Assembly (NCBI GenBank): GCA_037444665.1
Contig: JBBILZ010000006.1
Coordinates: 56 to 64,055 of the forward strand
Reading direction: 5' to 3'
DNA length: 64,000 nt
Source: a candidate division WOR-3 bacterium
GTDB lineage: Bacteria; Hydrothermota; Tepidihabitantia; SM23-42; JAOAFX01
The notes beneath the pieces were generated by a model that had not been told where the DNA came from, made no database searches, and saw nothing but the letters and a program-made list of their open reading frames with translations. A program made the translations under genes and the position numbers. Shown here in pieces: positions 46,465-57,800 of this stretch (its first letter is position 1; the number at the start of each line of letters is the position of its first letter).

Positions 46465-47487
46465 TTAATTAAAAATTCTTTTTTTAAATGTTAATGACCG
46501 AATATTTCTTTGCAAATCACCTTCAAAAAGATATGATGCAACAGCAATGCCTGAAGCACCGGCTCTGATAACTTTTTGATAATTCTTATTATTTATACCA
46601 CCAATACCAATTATTGGTATCTTTATTTTCTTGCTGAGCCGATTTACCAAATCCAGACCACAAACCTTAGCATCATATTTGGTCATAGTGGGGAAAATAG
46701 CACCCACCCCAAGATAATCTGCCCCTGCATTTTGAGCATCAATTGCCTGTTTAACATTATGAGCCGATGCCCCAATAATAAATTTCTCACCCAGAATTTT
46801 CCTTGCATGGCTGACCGGTATATCATCCTGTCCAAGATGCACGCCATCGGCATTAATTCCCAGGACAATATCCACACGGTTGTTAATAATAAATTTTAAG
46901 TGCGGACTCCGAATTAATTTTTTTATCTTTATTGCATAATTGTAGAATTCCCTGTCCGACAGATGCTTTATTCTTAATTGCAACATTGTTACACCATTAT
47001 TTTCAAGAATGTCAATCATTTTTTTAAGCGGTAACCTATTGAGATACTTTTCATCAATAATCGCATATAATTGAGGATTAAATTTTTTTTGTCTTGTTTC
47101 AATTACTAATTTCTCAAGGTCGTAAATCTGGAATCTTATCTTTTTTATGTTTTTCATAAGTTTTTTATTTCTCTGACGGAGGATTTCTTCAATAATCCTT
47201 GCTGATTCCTTTGCCCTGCTGAAATTTGCAAATATTAAGTCCTGCTCATCTGTCCTGGGGATATTGTCAAAAGTAGATTTTCTACCAGGGTCAATTTCAC
47301 TTTTCCGATGACTAATTAAATTTTCAATAGGCAACATTTTTTTTAATTCAAAAAATTCTTTTCGCATAATTCTTATACGACTGAGTAATACAGGAGCCTT
47401 CATTTCAAATCTTATATAATCTTCAAGTAATTTCAAAGATTCAGTGAGTCTATTTAGATTCACATCAAGAACAGATTCCCACGGCAC
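46465..47487 (-). CDS. thiE: Thiamine-phosphate synthase ThiE with an N-terminal extension of about 130 aa
   Basis: The C-terminal 210 aa (YAIIDEKY...GADYLGVGAIFPT.TK) match ThiE. The N-terminal segment is unassigned. Confidence 0.75.
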   Translation of the reverse strand: MPWESVLDVNLNRLTESLKLLEDYIRFEMKAPVLLSRIRIMRKEFFELKKMLPIENLISHRKSEIDPGRKSTFDNIPRTDEQDLIFANFSRAKESARIIEEILRQRNKKLMKNIKKIRFQIYDLEKLVIETRQKKFNPQLYAIIDEKYLNRLPLKKMIDILENNGVTMLQLRIKHLSDREFYNYAIKIKKLIRSPHLKFIINNRVDIVLGINADGVHLGQDDIPVSHARKILGEKFIIGASAHNVKQAIDAQNAGADYLGVGAIFPTMTKYDAKVCGLDLVNRLSKKIKIPIIGIGGINNKNYQKVIRAGASGIAVASYLFEGDLQRNIRSLTFKKRIFN

Positions 47488-47554
47488 AATTAATTATATT
47501 AAAATATCATTTATTGTCAAGCAAGAATCTGCGGTGACAGATTATAAGGTATAT

Positions 47555-48850
47555 TTATAAGAACAGTGAAATGAGTAAAATTACTGCGATTCCACCAAGA
47601 ATGCCAATAGCAATAAAAATAAATTTAAATAATTTTTTGGTATGGGATTCTTGATTAAGAAAATATTTTAACAACGCTTCATTAATATTTTGAATGCCCG
47701 CTTTGGTTTCGTTCCCGATTTTAAGCAAAGATTGCGTTGCCTGACGATTTTCATCAACTTTGGCACAAATATTCTGACTTGTAGATTCATAACATACCGT
47801 AAGATTTTTTAAATCAGTTAGCATCTTCTGGGTGGCTGATTCATACTTTACTCCTATCTGGTCAAGAGTATTTGTTATTTCCTGGACAATCAATTTTTGA
47901 TTGTTGTTAATATCAGAAATGGAGCGGTTTAATTGAGCAACAATTGTTTCTATACTATTTATATTCTTTTTTGAGCCTTCCTGCAGTTCAGATATCGCTT
48001 TCCTTAAATTTTCCAGATTAACCTGCAATGATTTATGGAGCAAATTAATCGCTTCTTTTTGCTGCTGGGAGAAAACAGATAATGATTTGTCTACTGCAAT
48101 AACGACTTCATCAATACGCATTGCCCGGCGTAATTCTCCAGTAACCCTTTCTATCTCATCAGTGAGCTTCTCAAGGCGATTTAGTGATTCAGCATCAAGG
48201 ATATTCTGTGTAATTGTTTTAGGTTGTGAAGTTTCAGATTTTTTTTCAAGCGAAACTGGATGAATTTCCGGCATCACTGATTTTACTTCTGTAGATTTAC
48301 CAATTACTGCTTCTCCTGCTTCCTGTTTTATCTCCTCAGCCTTCTTCTTTTCTCCAACTGTATCATAGATTGTTGCCATTTTATCTGCCATTGTTCGGTC
48401 ACCGACTTTAAGATTTTTAAGAATTTCCATCGCCTTCATAACTTCTTTTTTATTCCCGGTAGACATCTGCCTTTCTATGTAAGAGAACAGATATATTGCT
48501 GCATCACTTTTTTCATCCAATTCAATAAGTAATTGGGCAATTGTAAAATTTATATCAATATTACCCGGGTCATAACGCAGAACCTTTTTACAAAGGGCAA
48601 GGGCATTGCGTAAAAAATTATCATTTTTAAAAGCCACAATGCCCTTTTGATAAGCAACCAATGCTTCTTTTGGTTTGCTCATTTTTATATAAAGGTCGCC
48701 GAGCCGATTGAGTAAATTGCCATCATTAGGATTTAATTTTATTGCCCTCTCCAGAATACTGATGGCTTCCTTAAATTTGCCGGATAACTCTAAATTGACG
48801 GCGTTTTTAAGTAGTTCTTTTATTTCATCAGTTTTTTTTTCAGGAGCCAT
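47555..48850 (-). CDS. TPR + coiled-coil protein with a C-terminal TM anchor
   Basis: N-terminal TPRs, a long coiled coil and the C-terminus LFKFIFIAIGILGGIAVILLISLFL. Confidence 0.4.
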   Translation of the reverse strand: MAPEKKTDEIKELLKNAVNLELSGKFKEAISILERAIKLNPNDGNLLNRLGDLYIKMSKPKEALVAYQKGIVAFKNDNFLRNALALCKKVLRYDPGNIDINFTIAQLLIELDEKSDAAIYLFSYIERQMSTGNKKEVMKAMEILKNLKVGDRTMADKMATIYDTVGEKKKAEEIKQEAGEAVIGKSTEVKSVMPEIHPVSLEKKSETSQPKTITQNILDAESLNRLEKLTDEIERVTGELRRAMRIDEVVIAVDKSLSVFSQQQKEAINLLHKSLQVNLENLRKAISELQEGSKKNINSIETIVAQLNRSISDINNNQKLIVQEITNTLDQIGVKYESATQKMLTDLKNLTVCYESTSQNICAKVDENRQATQSLLKIGNETKAGIQNINEALLKYFLNQESHTKKLFKFIFIAIGILGGIAVILLISLFL

Positions 48851-48919
48851 ATTTAAATATCAAAGGAAAATATGGAGCCTGGTTTTACCCAGGCTCCATA
48901 TCTGGATTCAATGAATCCA

Positions 48920-49171
48920 TTATTCATTTGCAGTGCGTTCGACCTTAATGGCTTTGTCTCCTTTCGGAGTTTGCGTAATTTCAAATTTAACTCGTTCGCC
49001 TTCTCTAAGAACCCGATAACCTTCACCCACTATATCTTGATAATGGACAAAGACATCACCGGATCCATCTTCTTTCTCTATAAAACCATAGCCCTTCTTT
49101 CCATCGAACCACTTTACTTTTCCGTAGACCAAATTTCCTCCTTTCGAGCCTTCATCGCCCTTGAAGTTCAT
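48920..49171 (-). CDS. csp: Cold-shock protein (CspA family) with a short C-terminal tail
   Basis: GKVKWFDGKKGYGFI...DVFVHY. The ATG at 49171 is taken as the start (the ORF track begins at an upstream TTG at 49192). Promoter TTGACA-16-TATAAT at 49213-49240. Confidence 0.8.
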   Translation of the reverse strand: MNFKGDEGSKGGNLVYGKVKWFDGKKGYGFIEKEDGSGDVFVHYQDIVGEGYRVLREGERVKFEITQTPKGDKAIKVERTANE

Positions 49172-49291
49172 AAGGGCAACCTCTACGGTCAAAGCTTATA
49201 ATATTATATTTAATTAATGATGTGTGTCAATAGGCAAGTGCAGAGTTTCAAGACAGGGTATCCACCTCCAGAATATCTTCTAGGTTTAAAT

Positions 49292-49321
49292 AAAAAGAGG
49301 GAGGCGAACCTCCCTCTTTTT
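49292..49321. terminator. Bidirectional intrinsic-terminator-like hairpin
   Basis: aaaaagagggagg-cgaa-cctccctcttttt is a perfect 13-bp stem flanked by A and T runs on both strands. Confidence 0.55.
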
Positions 49322-49327
49322 ATTTTG

Positions 49328-49384
49328 TTACTTTTTTTTCTTTTTACTTTTCTTCTTTGTTTTCTTCGTGCCGCATTTAGGCAT
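49328..49384 (-). other. Micro-ORF encoding an 18-aa polylysine peptide (MPKCGTKKTKKKSKKKKK) with a strong SD
   Basis: aaaggaggaataATG on the minus strand, with a TAA stop 6 nt before the terminator hairpin. Confidence 0.3.
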
Positions 49385-49484
49385 TATTCCTCCTTTTTAT
49401 TTTTAATTATATACATTATTTCTCTTTTGTCAATAATTTTGTGCTTGACTTTTACTCAATTATCAATATAATCAAATGTAAAAA

Positions 49485-50552
49485 ATGAAAGGACTAATTC
49501 TTGCTGGTGGTTTTGGCACAAGGTTGAGACCTTTGACCTATACAAGTGCGAAGCAATTGATTCCCATCGCCAATAAACCGATAATCTTTTATGGCATTGA
49601 ATCACTGGTCAACTGTGGTATCAAAGAGATCGGTATTGTGGTTGGAGAGACTGCTGAAGAAGTAAAAAAAACTGTAGGCTATGGTGAAAATTGGAATATC
49701 AAAATTGAATATATCTATCAATCTGCACCATTGGGACTTGCCCATGCAATAAAGATTTCGACTGATTTTTTAAAAGATGAACAGTTTATTATGTATCTCG
49801 GTGATAATATATTAAAGGAAGGAGTGAATGATTTTGTAAAAAAATTCGTAGATATTAACCCCGATGCACTAATCTTATTAACCGAGGTCAGCAATCCACA
49901 GGAATTCGGCGTTGCAATTGTAGATGAGAAAGGAACTGTTAAAAAATTGATTGAAAAACCAAAAGAGCCACCTTCAAATTTAGCCCTGGTCGGTATTTAT
50001 TTATTTAATAAAAATATATTCACTGCAATTGAGCATATCAAACCATCCTGGCGCAATGAATTGGAAATTACAGATGCAATTCAATGGCTTCTGGACAACG
50101 GATTTAATGTAATATCAGACCGTGTTAAAGGATGGTGGAAAGATACAGGTAAACCAGAAGATATCATTGAGGCCAATTTATTGATCCTTGAAGGGATTGA
50201 ATCTTCTCATCAGGGTCTCTTAATTGATACAACAGTAAATGGTAGAACCAGAATTGGGCAGGGAACAAAAATTGAAAAAAGTGTGATACGGGGACCGGTG
50301 GTAATTGGTAATAATGTGCAAATTAAAAATGGTTTTATTGGACCATTTACATCCATTGGCGACAATGTCATTATAAACAATTCAGAGATAGAATGCAGTG
50401 TGATAATGGAAGGCGCTCAGATAAACAATCTCAATAAGCGTATTGACCGTTCAATCATTGGCAAGAATGTAGTAATCAACCAAACCAATATCTCACCACG
50501 CACACATCGTTTTTATATTGGTGACCAGAGTTTTGTGGAGTTAGTTGAATGA
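49485..50552 (+). CDS. Glucose-1-phosphate thymidylyltransferase-like sugar nucleotidyltransferase (long form with a C-terminal LbH domain)
   Basis: LILAGGFGTRLRPLT... with C-terminal hexapeptide repeats. Promoter TTGACT-16-TATAAT upstream. Confidence 0.75.
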   Translation: MKGLILAGGFGTRLRPLTYTSAKQLIPIANKPIIFYGIESLVNCGIKEIGIVVGETAEEVKKTVGYGENWNIKIEYIYQSAPLGLAHAIKISTDFLKDEQFIMYLGDNILKEGVNDFVKKFVDINPDALILLTEVSNPQEFGVAIVDEKGTVKKLIEKPKEPPSNLALVGIYLFNKNIFTAIEHIKPSWRNELEITDAIQWLLDNGFNVISDRVKGWWKDTGKPEDIIEANLLILEGIESSHQGLLIDTTVNGRTRIGQGTKIEKSVIRGPVVIGNNVQIKNGFIGPFTSIGDNVIINNSEIECSVIMEGAQINNLNKRIDRSIIGKNVVINQTNISPRTHRFYIGDQSFVELVE

Positions 50553-51037
50553 AAGAAATTATTGGATTCAAAGGCAAGAAATTAATTGATGGTGTTCAGA
50601 TTAAAACATTAAGGTTATTACCTGATGAACGCGGCAGATTAATGGAAATCTTAAGAAAGGACGATGCTATTTTTGAAAAATTTGGTCAGGCTTATATTAC
50701 CTCTGCCTATCCTGGTGTAGTAAAAGCCTGGCACTATCACAAATTGCAGAATGACAATATGACCGTAGTTCAGGGGATGGCGAAGATTGTTCTCTATGAT
50801 GACCGCGCAGGCAGTGAAACAAAAGGCTTAATAAATGAATTCTTCGTGGGGGAACATAATCATCTTTTAATTCATATTCCAAAATTGGTCTGGCACGGTT
50901 TCAAATGTATTAGTGAAAAAGAATGTATCATATTAAATGTTGTTACCGAGTGTTACAATTATAAAAATCCTGATGAATACCGCAAAGACCCACACAATTC
51001 AGATATCCCTTATGACTGGACAAGAAAAGATGGTTAA
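50549..51037 (+). CDS. dTDP-4-dehydrorhamnose 3,5-epimerase-like cupin (RmlC family)
   Basis: LPDERG...KAWHYHK... motifs. Confidence 0.6.
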   Translation: MKEIIGFKGKKLIDGVQIKTLRLLPDERGRLMEILRKDDAIFEKFGQAYITSAYPGVVKAWHYHKLQNDNMTVVQGMAKIVLYDDRAGSETKGLINEFFVGEHNHLLIHIPKLVWHGFKCISEKECIILNVVTECYNYKNPDEYRKDPHNSDIPYDWTRKDG

Positions 51038-51079
51038 TCTTTCAAACCCGCAATACGCAATACAAAATAAGAACCAAAT

Positions 51080-52102
51080 ATGAAAGTCTTAATCACTGGT
51101 GGCTGTGGCTTCATTGGCTCAAACTTCATTCGCTATTTTAACAGCAAGCACGCTTATTATAAAATCTTAAATGTTGATAAACTGACATATGCCGGAAATT
51201 TAGAAAACTTAAGAGGATTGGAGAGAAAGGGTAATTATCATTTTGTCCGCGCCGATATAAGTTGTGCTTCAATTATGCATCGCATATTTGAGAAATTTCG
51301 TCCGGAAATGGTAATTAATTTCGCTGCCGAGACGCATGTTGACCGGAGTATAATGAGTCCTGCCCCATTTATCAAAACCAATGTTATTGGTGTAGGTGTT
51401 TTATTGAACCTTGCTTTGAAATATAACATCAAAAAATTCCTGCAAATTTCTACTGATGAAGTATATGGTTCAATTTTACACGGTAGTTTCCGTGAAGACA
51501 GTCCGCTTGACCCCTCAAGTCCTTATGCTGCAAGTAAGGCAGCAGCAGACGCGCTGGTGATTTCATATTATAAAACCCATGGTTTACCTATATTGATTAC
51601 CCGTTCTTCAAACAATTATGGACCTTATCAGTTTCCAGAAAAATTGATTCCGCTTGTTATTCTTAATGCCCTCAATAATAAAAAGGTTCCAGTCTATGGT
51701 GATGGGATGAATGTCAGAGATTGGCTCTATGTAGAAGATAATTGTGAAGCCATTGATTTAGTGCTTCATGAAGGCAAGCTCGGTGAAATATATAATATTG
51801 GTGGCGAGAATGAGTTGACCAACCTTTTTGTGGTTAAGTTTATCCTGAAAAAATTAAACCGACCCGAGAAACTAATTACCTTTGTCAAAGACCGACCCGG
51901 ACATGACCGAAGATATTCTTTATCTTTGAATAAAATCAGAAGGCAGATTGGCTGGCATCCCAAAACCTCTTTTGAAACTGGTTTAAGAAAGACTATTGAG
52001 TGGTACCGGAAGAATCAAAAATGGCTGAAAAATACCCAGAGCGGTGAGTATCGTGAATTTTACAAAAAGCATTATTCCCGGCTGGGATTGAAAGAATTTT
52101 AA
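51080..52102 (+). CDS. rmlB: dTDP-glucose 4,6-dehydratase
   Basis: VLITGGCGFIGSNF and YAASKAAAD (Y-x-x-x-K). Confidence 0.9.
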   Translation: MKVLITGGCGFIGSNFIRYFNSKHAYYKILNVDKLTYAGNLENLRGLERKGNYHFVRADISCASIMHRIFEKFRPEMVINFAAETHVDRSIMSPAPFIKTNVIGVGVLLNLALKYNIKKFLQISTDEVYGSILHGSFREDSPLDPSSPYAASKAAADALVISYYKTHGLPILITRSSNNYGPYQFPEKLIPLVILNALNNKKVPVYGDGMNVRDWLYVEDNCEAIDLVLHEGKLGEIYNIGGENELTNLFVVKFILKKLNRPEKLITFVKDRPGHDRRYSLSLNKIRRQIGWHPKTSFETGLRKTIEWYRKNQKWLKNTQSGEYREFYKKHYSRLGLKEF

Positions 52103-52785
52103 TGAAGGGTTTTGTCGTTGCCATTGATGGCAAGGCAGGTTCAGGAAAGAGCACAACTGCCCGTGGTGTTGCTAAAAAATTAAATTTTTTCTATCTGGAT
52201 ACAGGTGCAATGTATCGCGCCTTCACCCTGAAGTATCTCTTGAATACACGCAATTATAAAAATATTGATATAAAACTGGTCAATAAATTATTGAAGAATA
52301 CAAAGATTGAGTTAATAAAGGATGGCGATGACCTTAAGATAATGCTTGACGGGAAGGATGTATCACGGGAAATCAGAAGCCCATTGATAAATAATCTTGT
52401 TTCGCAAATCTCAGCAATTAAAAAAGTTCGCGAATGGATGGTAAAGAGACAAAGGGCAATTGCCCGTGGTAAAAATATTGTCTGCGAGGGCAGGGATATG
52501 ACAACTGTGGTTTTTCCAAAAGCACAGGTCAAAATCTTTATGGACGCAGATTTAAAGACCAGGGCTAAACGGAGAAAAAAAGAATTGAATGAGAAAAATA
52601 TTAAAATCAATATGACAGAAATTATAAATAATTTAAAATTTCGTGATACATTTGATTCAACAAGAAAACACTCACCGTTGAAAAAGGCAGATGATGCTAT
52701 TTTTATTGATACCACAAATTTAACAATTGAAGAAGAGATTGCACTGGTAGAAAAAATTGTGCGCAATAGATTAAATAAATTCTAA
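52102..52785 (+). CDS. cmk: Cytidylate kinase
   Basis: VAIDGKAGSGKST and DTGAMYRA. Confidence 0.9.
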   Translation: MKGFVVAIDGKAGSGKSTTARGVAKKLNFFYLDTGAMYRAFTLKYLLNTRNYKNIDIKLVNKLLKNTKIELIKDGDDLKIMLDGKDVSREIRSPLINNLVSQISAIKKVREWMVKRQRAIARGKNIVCEGRDMTTVVFPKAQVKIFMDADLKTRAKRRKKELNEKNIKINMTEIINNLKFRDTFDSTRKHSPLKKADDAIFIDTTNLTIEEEIALVEKIVRNRLNKF

Positions 52786-52798
52786 AGTAATAAAATTT

Positions 52799-53710
52799 TT
52801 AAAAAGACGAAATTATTTGCTGGATATTTTCTACTATATCTTTCTCGTCTGTTTTAAACCATTTTATTTCAGGGATTCTTTTGAACCAGGTTATCTGCCT
52901 TTTGGCAAAATTTCGTGTATGCTGTTTTGCCTTGTTGATTGCCTCGGGCAATGTCAATTTACCCTGTATAAATGCGACAATCTCTTTATAACCAATGGTT
53001 CTTAAACCATTACAATCTGGTGTATAACCCATTTTCAAAATTGATACAACTTCATCAACCAGACCACTTTTCACCATACTGTCAAAACGGTCATTAATTC
53101 TTTTATATAGTTCGGCACGGTCTAAATATAAACCAATGTAATAAGGCTGGTATTTTGGCTTAGGTTTTCCGTTTTTAATCATTGTTGTTAAAGGCTTACC
53201 GGCAATTTCATAGACCTCAAGCCCTCTTAAAATACGCTGTTTATCCCTTGGTTTTATGACCCTTGCCCATTCCGGGTCTACTTCCCATAACTTCTGATAA
53301 AGATATTCAACCCCTTTTTGTTTTAGCATCTCTTCCAGTCTTTCTTTTATTCGTTTATCAGATTCGGGTAAATAATGCAGGGGGTTGAATAATGCCCTGA
53401 TATAAAGACCTGTTCCTCCACAAATAATGGGTAATCTGCCTCCTGCTATTATTTCTTCAATCAGATTTTCTGCATCACGGGCAAATTGACCACAGGAATA
53501 ATGCTGGTCAGGTTCTAAAAAATCTATTAAATGAAATACTGCTTTTTTACGCTCTTCAGCATCTGGTTTGGCAGTGCCGATATTGAGATATTTATATATC
53601 TGCCTTGAATCAGCAGAGATGATCTCTCCATTATATTTGCTGACTATTTCAATGGCGAGATGTGTCTTACCCACTGCAGTGGGACCAACAATTGTAATAA
53701 TCCTGTTCAT
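52799..53710 (-). CDS. miaA: tRNA dimethylallyltransferase
   Basis: IITIVGPTAVGKT and DSRQIY. Confidence 0.9.
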   Translation of the reverse strand: MNRIITIVGPTAVGKTHLAIEIVSKYNGEIISADSRQIYKYLNIGTAKPDAEERKKAVFHLIDFLEPDQHYSCGQFARDAENLIEEIIAGGRLPIICGGTGLYIRALFNPLHYLPESDKRIKERLEEMLKQKGVEYLYQKLWEVDPEWARVIKPRDKQRILRGLEVYEIAGKPLTTMIKNGKPKPKYQPYYIGLYLDRAELYKRINDRFDSMVKSGLVDEVVSILKMGYTPDCNGLRTIGYKEIVAFIQGKLTLPEAINKAKQHTRNFAKRQITWFKRIPEIKWFKTDEKDIVENIQQIISSF

Positions 53711-53898
53711 TAAAATAGATTATAGACAAATCTTTCACCAAAGCAAGCACCATTTTTACTGAACCCTCTTGACGATTGACCAAACGCGTTTCGCAACCGT
53801 ATAACAAAGGACGATTAACAAAATGGTCTAAGGTTGTAGGGCAATAAGGCAACTACTAAAATGTTCTTTTTAGTAACCTTATTTTCTAAAAAATTCCC

Positions 53899-53934
53899 TT
53901 GATTATTGAAAGAAATAGACTATAATTCTATGGA
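53899..53934 (+). promoter_or_regulatory. Promoter TTGATT-16-TATAAT, 8 nt before the ATG at 53935
   Basis: TTGATTattgaaagaaatagacTATAATtctatggaATG. Confidence 0.45.
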
Positions 53935-54837
53935 ATGAAAGAGAAACATATCCATCACAGAATAGTCAATACACGCAATATCTTTCTGGTAATCTTTTTA
54001 AATTTATTTATTACCATTGCCGAGGTAATAGGTGGTCTGCTCGCTGGCAGTTTAGCACTACTCTCTGATGCGCTACACAATTTTAGTGACGGTATTGCAA
54101 TATTAATAAGTTACATTGCCCTGCGTCTGGGGCATCGCAAAAGCACAGTGCAAATGACATTCGGCTTTAAAAGGGCAGAGATACTTGCGGCATTCTTTAA
54201 TTCTTCGGTTCTAATTATTATTATATTCTTTCTTTTTAAGGAAGCAATCAATAGATTTTTTAACCCACACAAGATAGATAGTTTATTAATGATGACCGTC
54301 GCAGTAATTGGATTAATCGCCAATCTCATCAGTGTAGTATTATTAAAAAAGGACGCCCATCATAATCTCAATATCAAGTCTGCGTATCTACACCTGATTG
54401 CGGATTCCCTGTCTTCAATGGCAGTAGTGGTTGCCAGCCTTTTTATCAAATTATTCAATTTTTATCTGCTTGACCCGATACTTACCATAGTTATCGGAAT
54501 ATATATCTTACGCGAAAGTTATCTCATTGTCCGCGATACAATAAATATCCTGATGCAGTCAACTCCTCCCGGCATTGACCTTATGAAAATTAAATGTGCC
54601 ATTGAAGAAATTCCTGAAGTCCATAATCTCCATCATGTCCATATCTGGCAGATGACAGATAAAGAGATACACTTTGAAGGGCATATTGATGTATGTGAAG
54701 ACTACCGAACAAGCGAGGTCGCCAGCATCATTGAAAAAATAGACAATCTGCTTGCGGAAAAATTTGGAATCAGCCACACCACAATCCAGGTTGAGTTTGG
54801 GACATGCACTGATAAAGAGATAATAAAAAATTGCTAA
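53935..54837 (+). CDS. Cation diffusion facilitator family transporter (CzcD/ZitB-like)
   Basis: Six TM segments, HNFSDG and HLIADSLSS motifs, and a His-rich metal-binding C-terminal domain. Confidence 0.85.
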   Translation: MKEKHIHHRIVNTRNIFLVIFLNLFITIAEVIGGLLAGSLALLSDALHNFSDGIAILISYIALRLGHRKSTVQMTFGFKRAEILAAFFNSSVLIIIIFFLFKEAINRFFNPHKIDSLLMMTVAVIGLIANLISVVLLKKDAHHNLNIKSAYLHLIADSLSSMAVVVASLFIKLFNFYLLDPILTIVIGIYILRESYLIVRDTINILMQSTPPGIDLMKIKCAIEEIPEVHNLHHVHIWQMTDKEIHFEGHIDVCEDYRTSEVASIIEKIDNLLAEKFGISHTTIQVEFGTCTDKEIIKNC

Positions 54838-54840
54838 ATC

Positions 54841-57800
54841 TTATTCTATCTTTAATTTCTGTCCGCGGTTATTTTCAAGATAGAGCAAAACTGCCTGAAT
54901 TTTAAAATCAGAATATATTACTTTAAGACCCTGTTTATACATCTCAATCTGATGTTTATAATCTTTTTTTTCCGCGCCGGTCTTATAGTCAATTACAAAA
55001 ACTTTTTGAGGTTCAAGGATCAAACGGTCAATATGCACTGAGACATCCTTCTTTTCATCTTCAAAATAAAGGGCAAGTTCATTTTTGAATTTCACATCTC
55101 TGCCCTCTCTATAGAATATGAACCCCAGGTCAGGGTCAGTAAAAGTCTCATACAAAAGTGGTTTCAATTTTTTTTCAATATCCTCAAAATCTTTTTTGGT
55201 TCGCGCAAGGTTGTCTTTTGTGAACTTCAATAGTTCTTCAACAACTTCATCAATTTCCAAACCATCAAGCCATTCTATTTTACTCAATACCTTGTGCACG
55301 GTTTCACCAAATTTCATACCGCGACGCCGTGCAAATTCAATAATCTCAAGACCCCGCTCGGTCGGCGAGTAGATTTCTCTCTCCTCAGTAACTTTTTGGA
55401 CTTCTTTAAATTCCTTTTTATATTCTTTTACAGGTGTTTCTTTTACTATTGATTCTACGTGCTTTCTCGGAATCTTATCTAAAGGCAAGGGTTCGCCATT
55501 AAATTTTTCTTTAATATATTCAAGCCAGAAACCAGGATTCTTTCCTCTGGTCTTGAAACCTAACATATAGACACCAGATTTAGCACGGGTAAGCGCAACA
55601 TACAGTAGATTCAAATTGTCAATCTGCTCAAGTTCTTTTTCTCTTTCAAGTAGACCCGGAAGATATTTTCCATAGTTACGCCAGTAGATCTTATCAGGCC
55701 TTGCATTTGATTTGTATGAAAATATGATTTTTTCCTTATTACTGCCAGACTCAAAATTTGTTTCAGGTAAGATTACTATTTCAAATTCTAAACCTTTTGC
55801 TTTATGAATCGTCATTATGCGTACACCTTCAAATTGTGCTTCTTTGATTTCAATTGCTGGACCATTATACTCAAGCCATTTGATAAAATCAGACAGAGAA
55901 CCATAACCCTCACCCATATATGTAATCGTTGCATCAAGCAGTGTTGCAATGGGATAAGACATTCTTGCAATCAGAGACTTATATATATTAAAAATTAACT
56001 GGTATGGGTTCATAAAATGCACAAATGAAAGCAATTCCTGAAGTTTTTTAGTGATCTCCAGATGAGCATAATCGTCCAAAAGAACCATATATAAACTTTT
56101 ATTCGTTCTCTTTTTAATATCTACCATCTCGTAAATCAAATCCTCATCAAGTTTTGCGATTTTTGATTCAAGAATATGGAGAAGACTAAAATCATCTTCA
56201 GGATTATCTAAAAATTTTAATAAATGTATAACCAATTGCACATCCGGCTCATCCATAATACTTGTCCGTGACCTGCTTATACAGGGAATTCCGTTCCTGG
56301 ATAATATTCCAGCCAGATTTGCGGCAAAGATATTTTTTCTTGTTAATATTGCAATATCGCTCTCTCTGTATCCAGCACTTTTTAAATCTTTTATTATCTC
56401 AACGACGCGCTCCATAGTTTTTTCAATACCTTCATCTTTCTTATCAAAGTCACCCACTTCTTCAATACGCACCCACCCACCAACATTTTGTGGTTCTGTT
56501 TTATCATTTTTATCAAGAACCTTATTTACAAAATCTATTATTTCTTTTTTGGTCCGATAATTTATCTCCAGTCGTTCACTAACAATCTTCTCGCCATATT
56601 TTTTCTTTAATTCATCAAACAACTCGGGTGCACCCTGGCGCCATCTAAAGATTGCCTGGTTAGGGTCACCAACATAAAACAGGCTCTTCTCCTCTGGTTC
56701 ACCTGCGGTTATCTCATCCAAAATTGGCTCAAGAATATCAATCTGTTTATAACTTGTATCCTGAAATTCATCAATCATTAAGTGATTTATATTAGCACCC
56801 AATTTATAGTATAGATAGTCCACTTCAGAAGTTTTTTCAAAAACAGAAAGAACATAATCTTCAATATCGCTAAAAGATATCACATTCTTTTTCTTCTTTT
56901 CTGTCTGGAATATTTCCTGAACTTCAATAAGCGGTAGAAAGTAAAGAATGAGTTTATTGTCTGAACACGCTTTAAGATAGGAGATGATATTTTCTCTGAT
57001 TTCCTTAATATTATTCCTATATTCCTGCGGGTCAGGGATGTTTTTAATAAATTTAGTAAAATAACCCTTGCCCATTGCAGACTCCTCTGTGAAGTAGTGA
57101 AGAAAGGTAAATAATGAATCATCATCCTTATTTGAAATAAATGTATCTATTTTATCTAAAAAAACATGCCAGTTTGCATTAATTTTGCCTGCATTTGTAT
57201 ATGTTGCAGAAATGTTTTCATCAACAAAATCTCTAAATTTTTTAAATGCAGATATCAGGTCTTTCTGGCATTCTTTAAGCCCTTCTCTAAGTTTTTCTCT
57301 TTTTTTATTTAACTGTTGTAGCATAGAAAACCAGGGGCTCAGCTTTAAATATAATTCTTTTATTAATTTTTTTGCATCAGTCTGCTCCGAATGAATAAGT
57401 TTTAAAAGTGCATCTTTAGACTCACTATTTTTATGTGCATATTCAAAATACTGTTCAATGGACTGTTCAAAAATTAATGCCTCTTCCGGCTCATCAATAA
57501 TCTTATAACCAGGCAGAATACCTGCTTGAAATGGAATGACCGAAAGAAATGATGCGAACATACTATGGAATGTTGAAACATTCAAAGCAGAAAGATTATT
57601 TAACAGATAATCCCTTCTGCGTGAGGTGATTTCTTTTATTTCCTTTTCAGAGTAGATTTTAGTAAAGTATTCAAAAACATCTTTTTCTTGTTTTGTCAGA
57701 ACTCTGTCCATGGCTAAAACTTCAAGATATCGCATAATCCTTGATTTCATTTCATATGCAGCAGCATTGGTAAAAGTAATGGCATAGAGCGATTCTAAAG

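Noticed and set aside
48872-49201. 109-aa plus-strand ORF overlapping csp
   Set aside because: It is fully antisense to a strongly conserved cold-shock domain gene, with no RBS or promoter.
53838-53862. Possible fourth REP-like copy (ggttgtagggcaataaggcaactac) upstream of the CDF transporter
   Set aside because: Only the ggcaactac core matches and no comparable hairpin is present. It is too degenerate to call.
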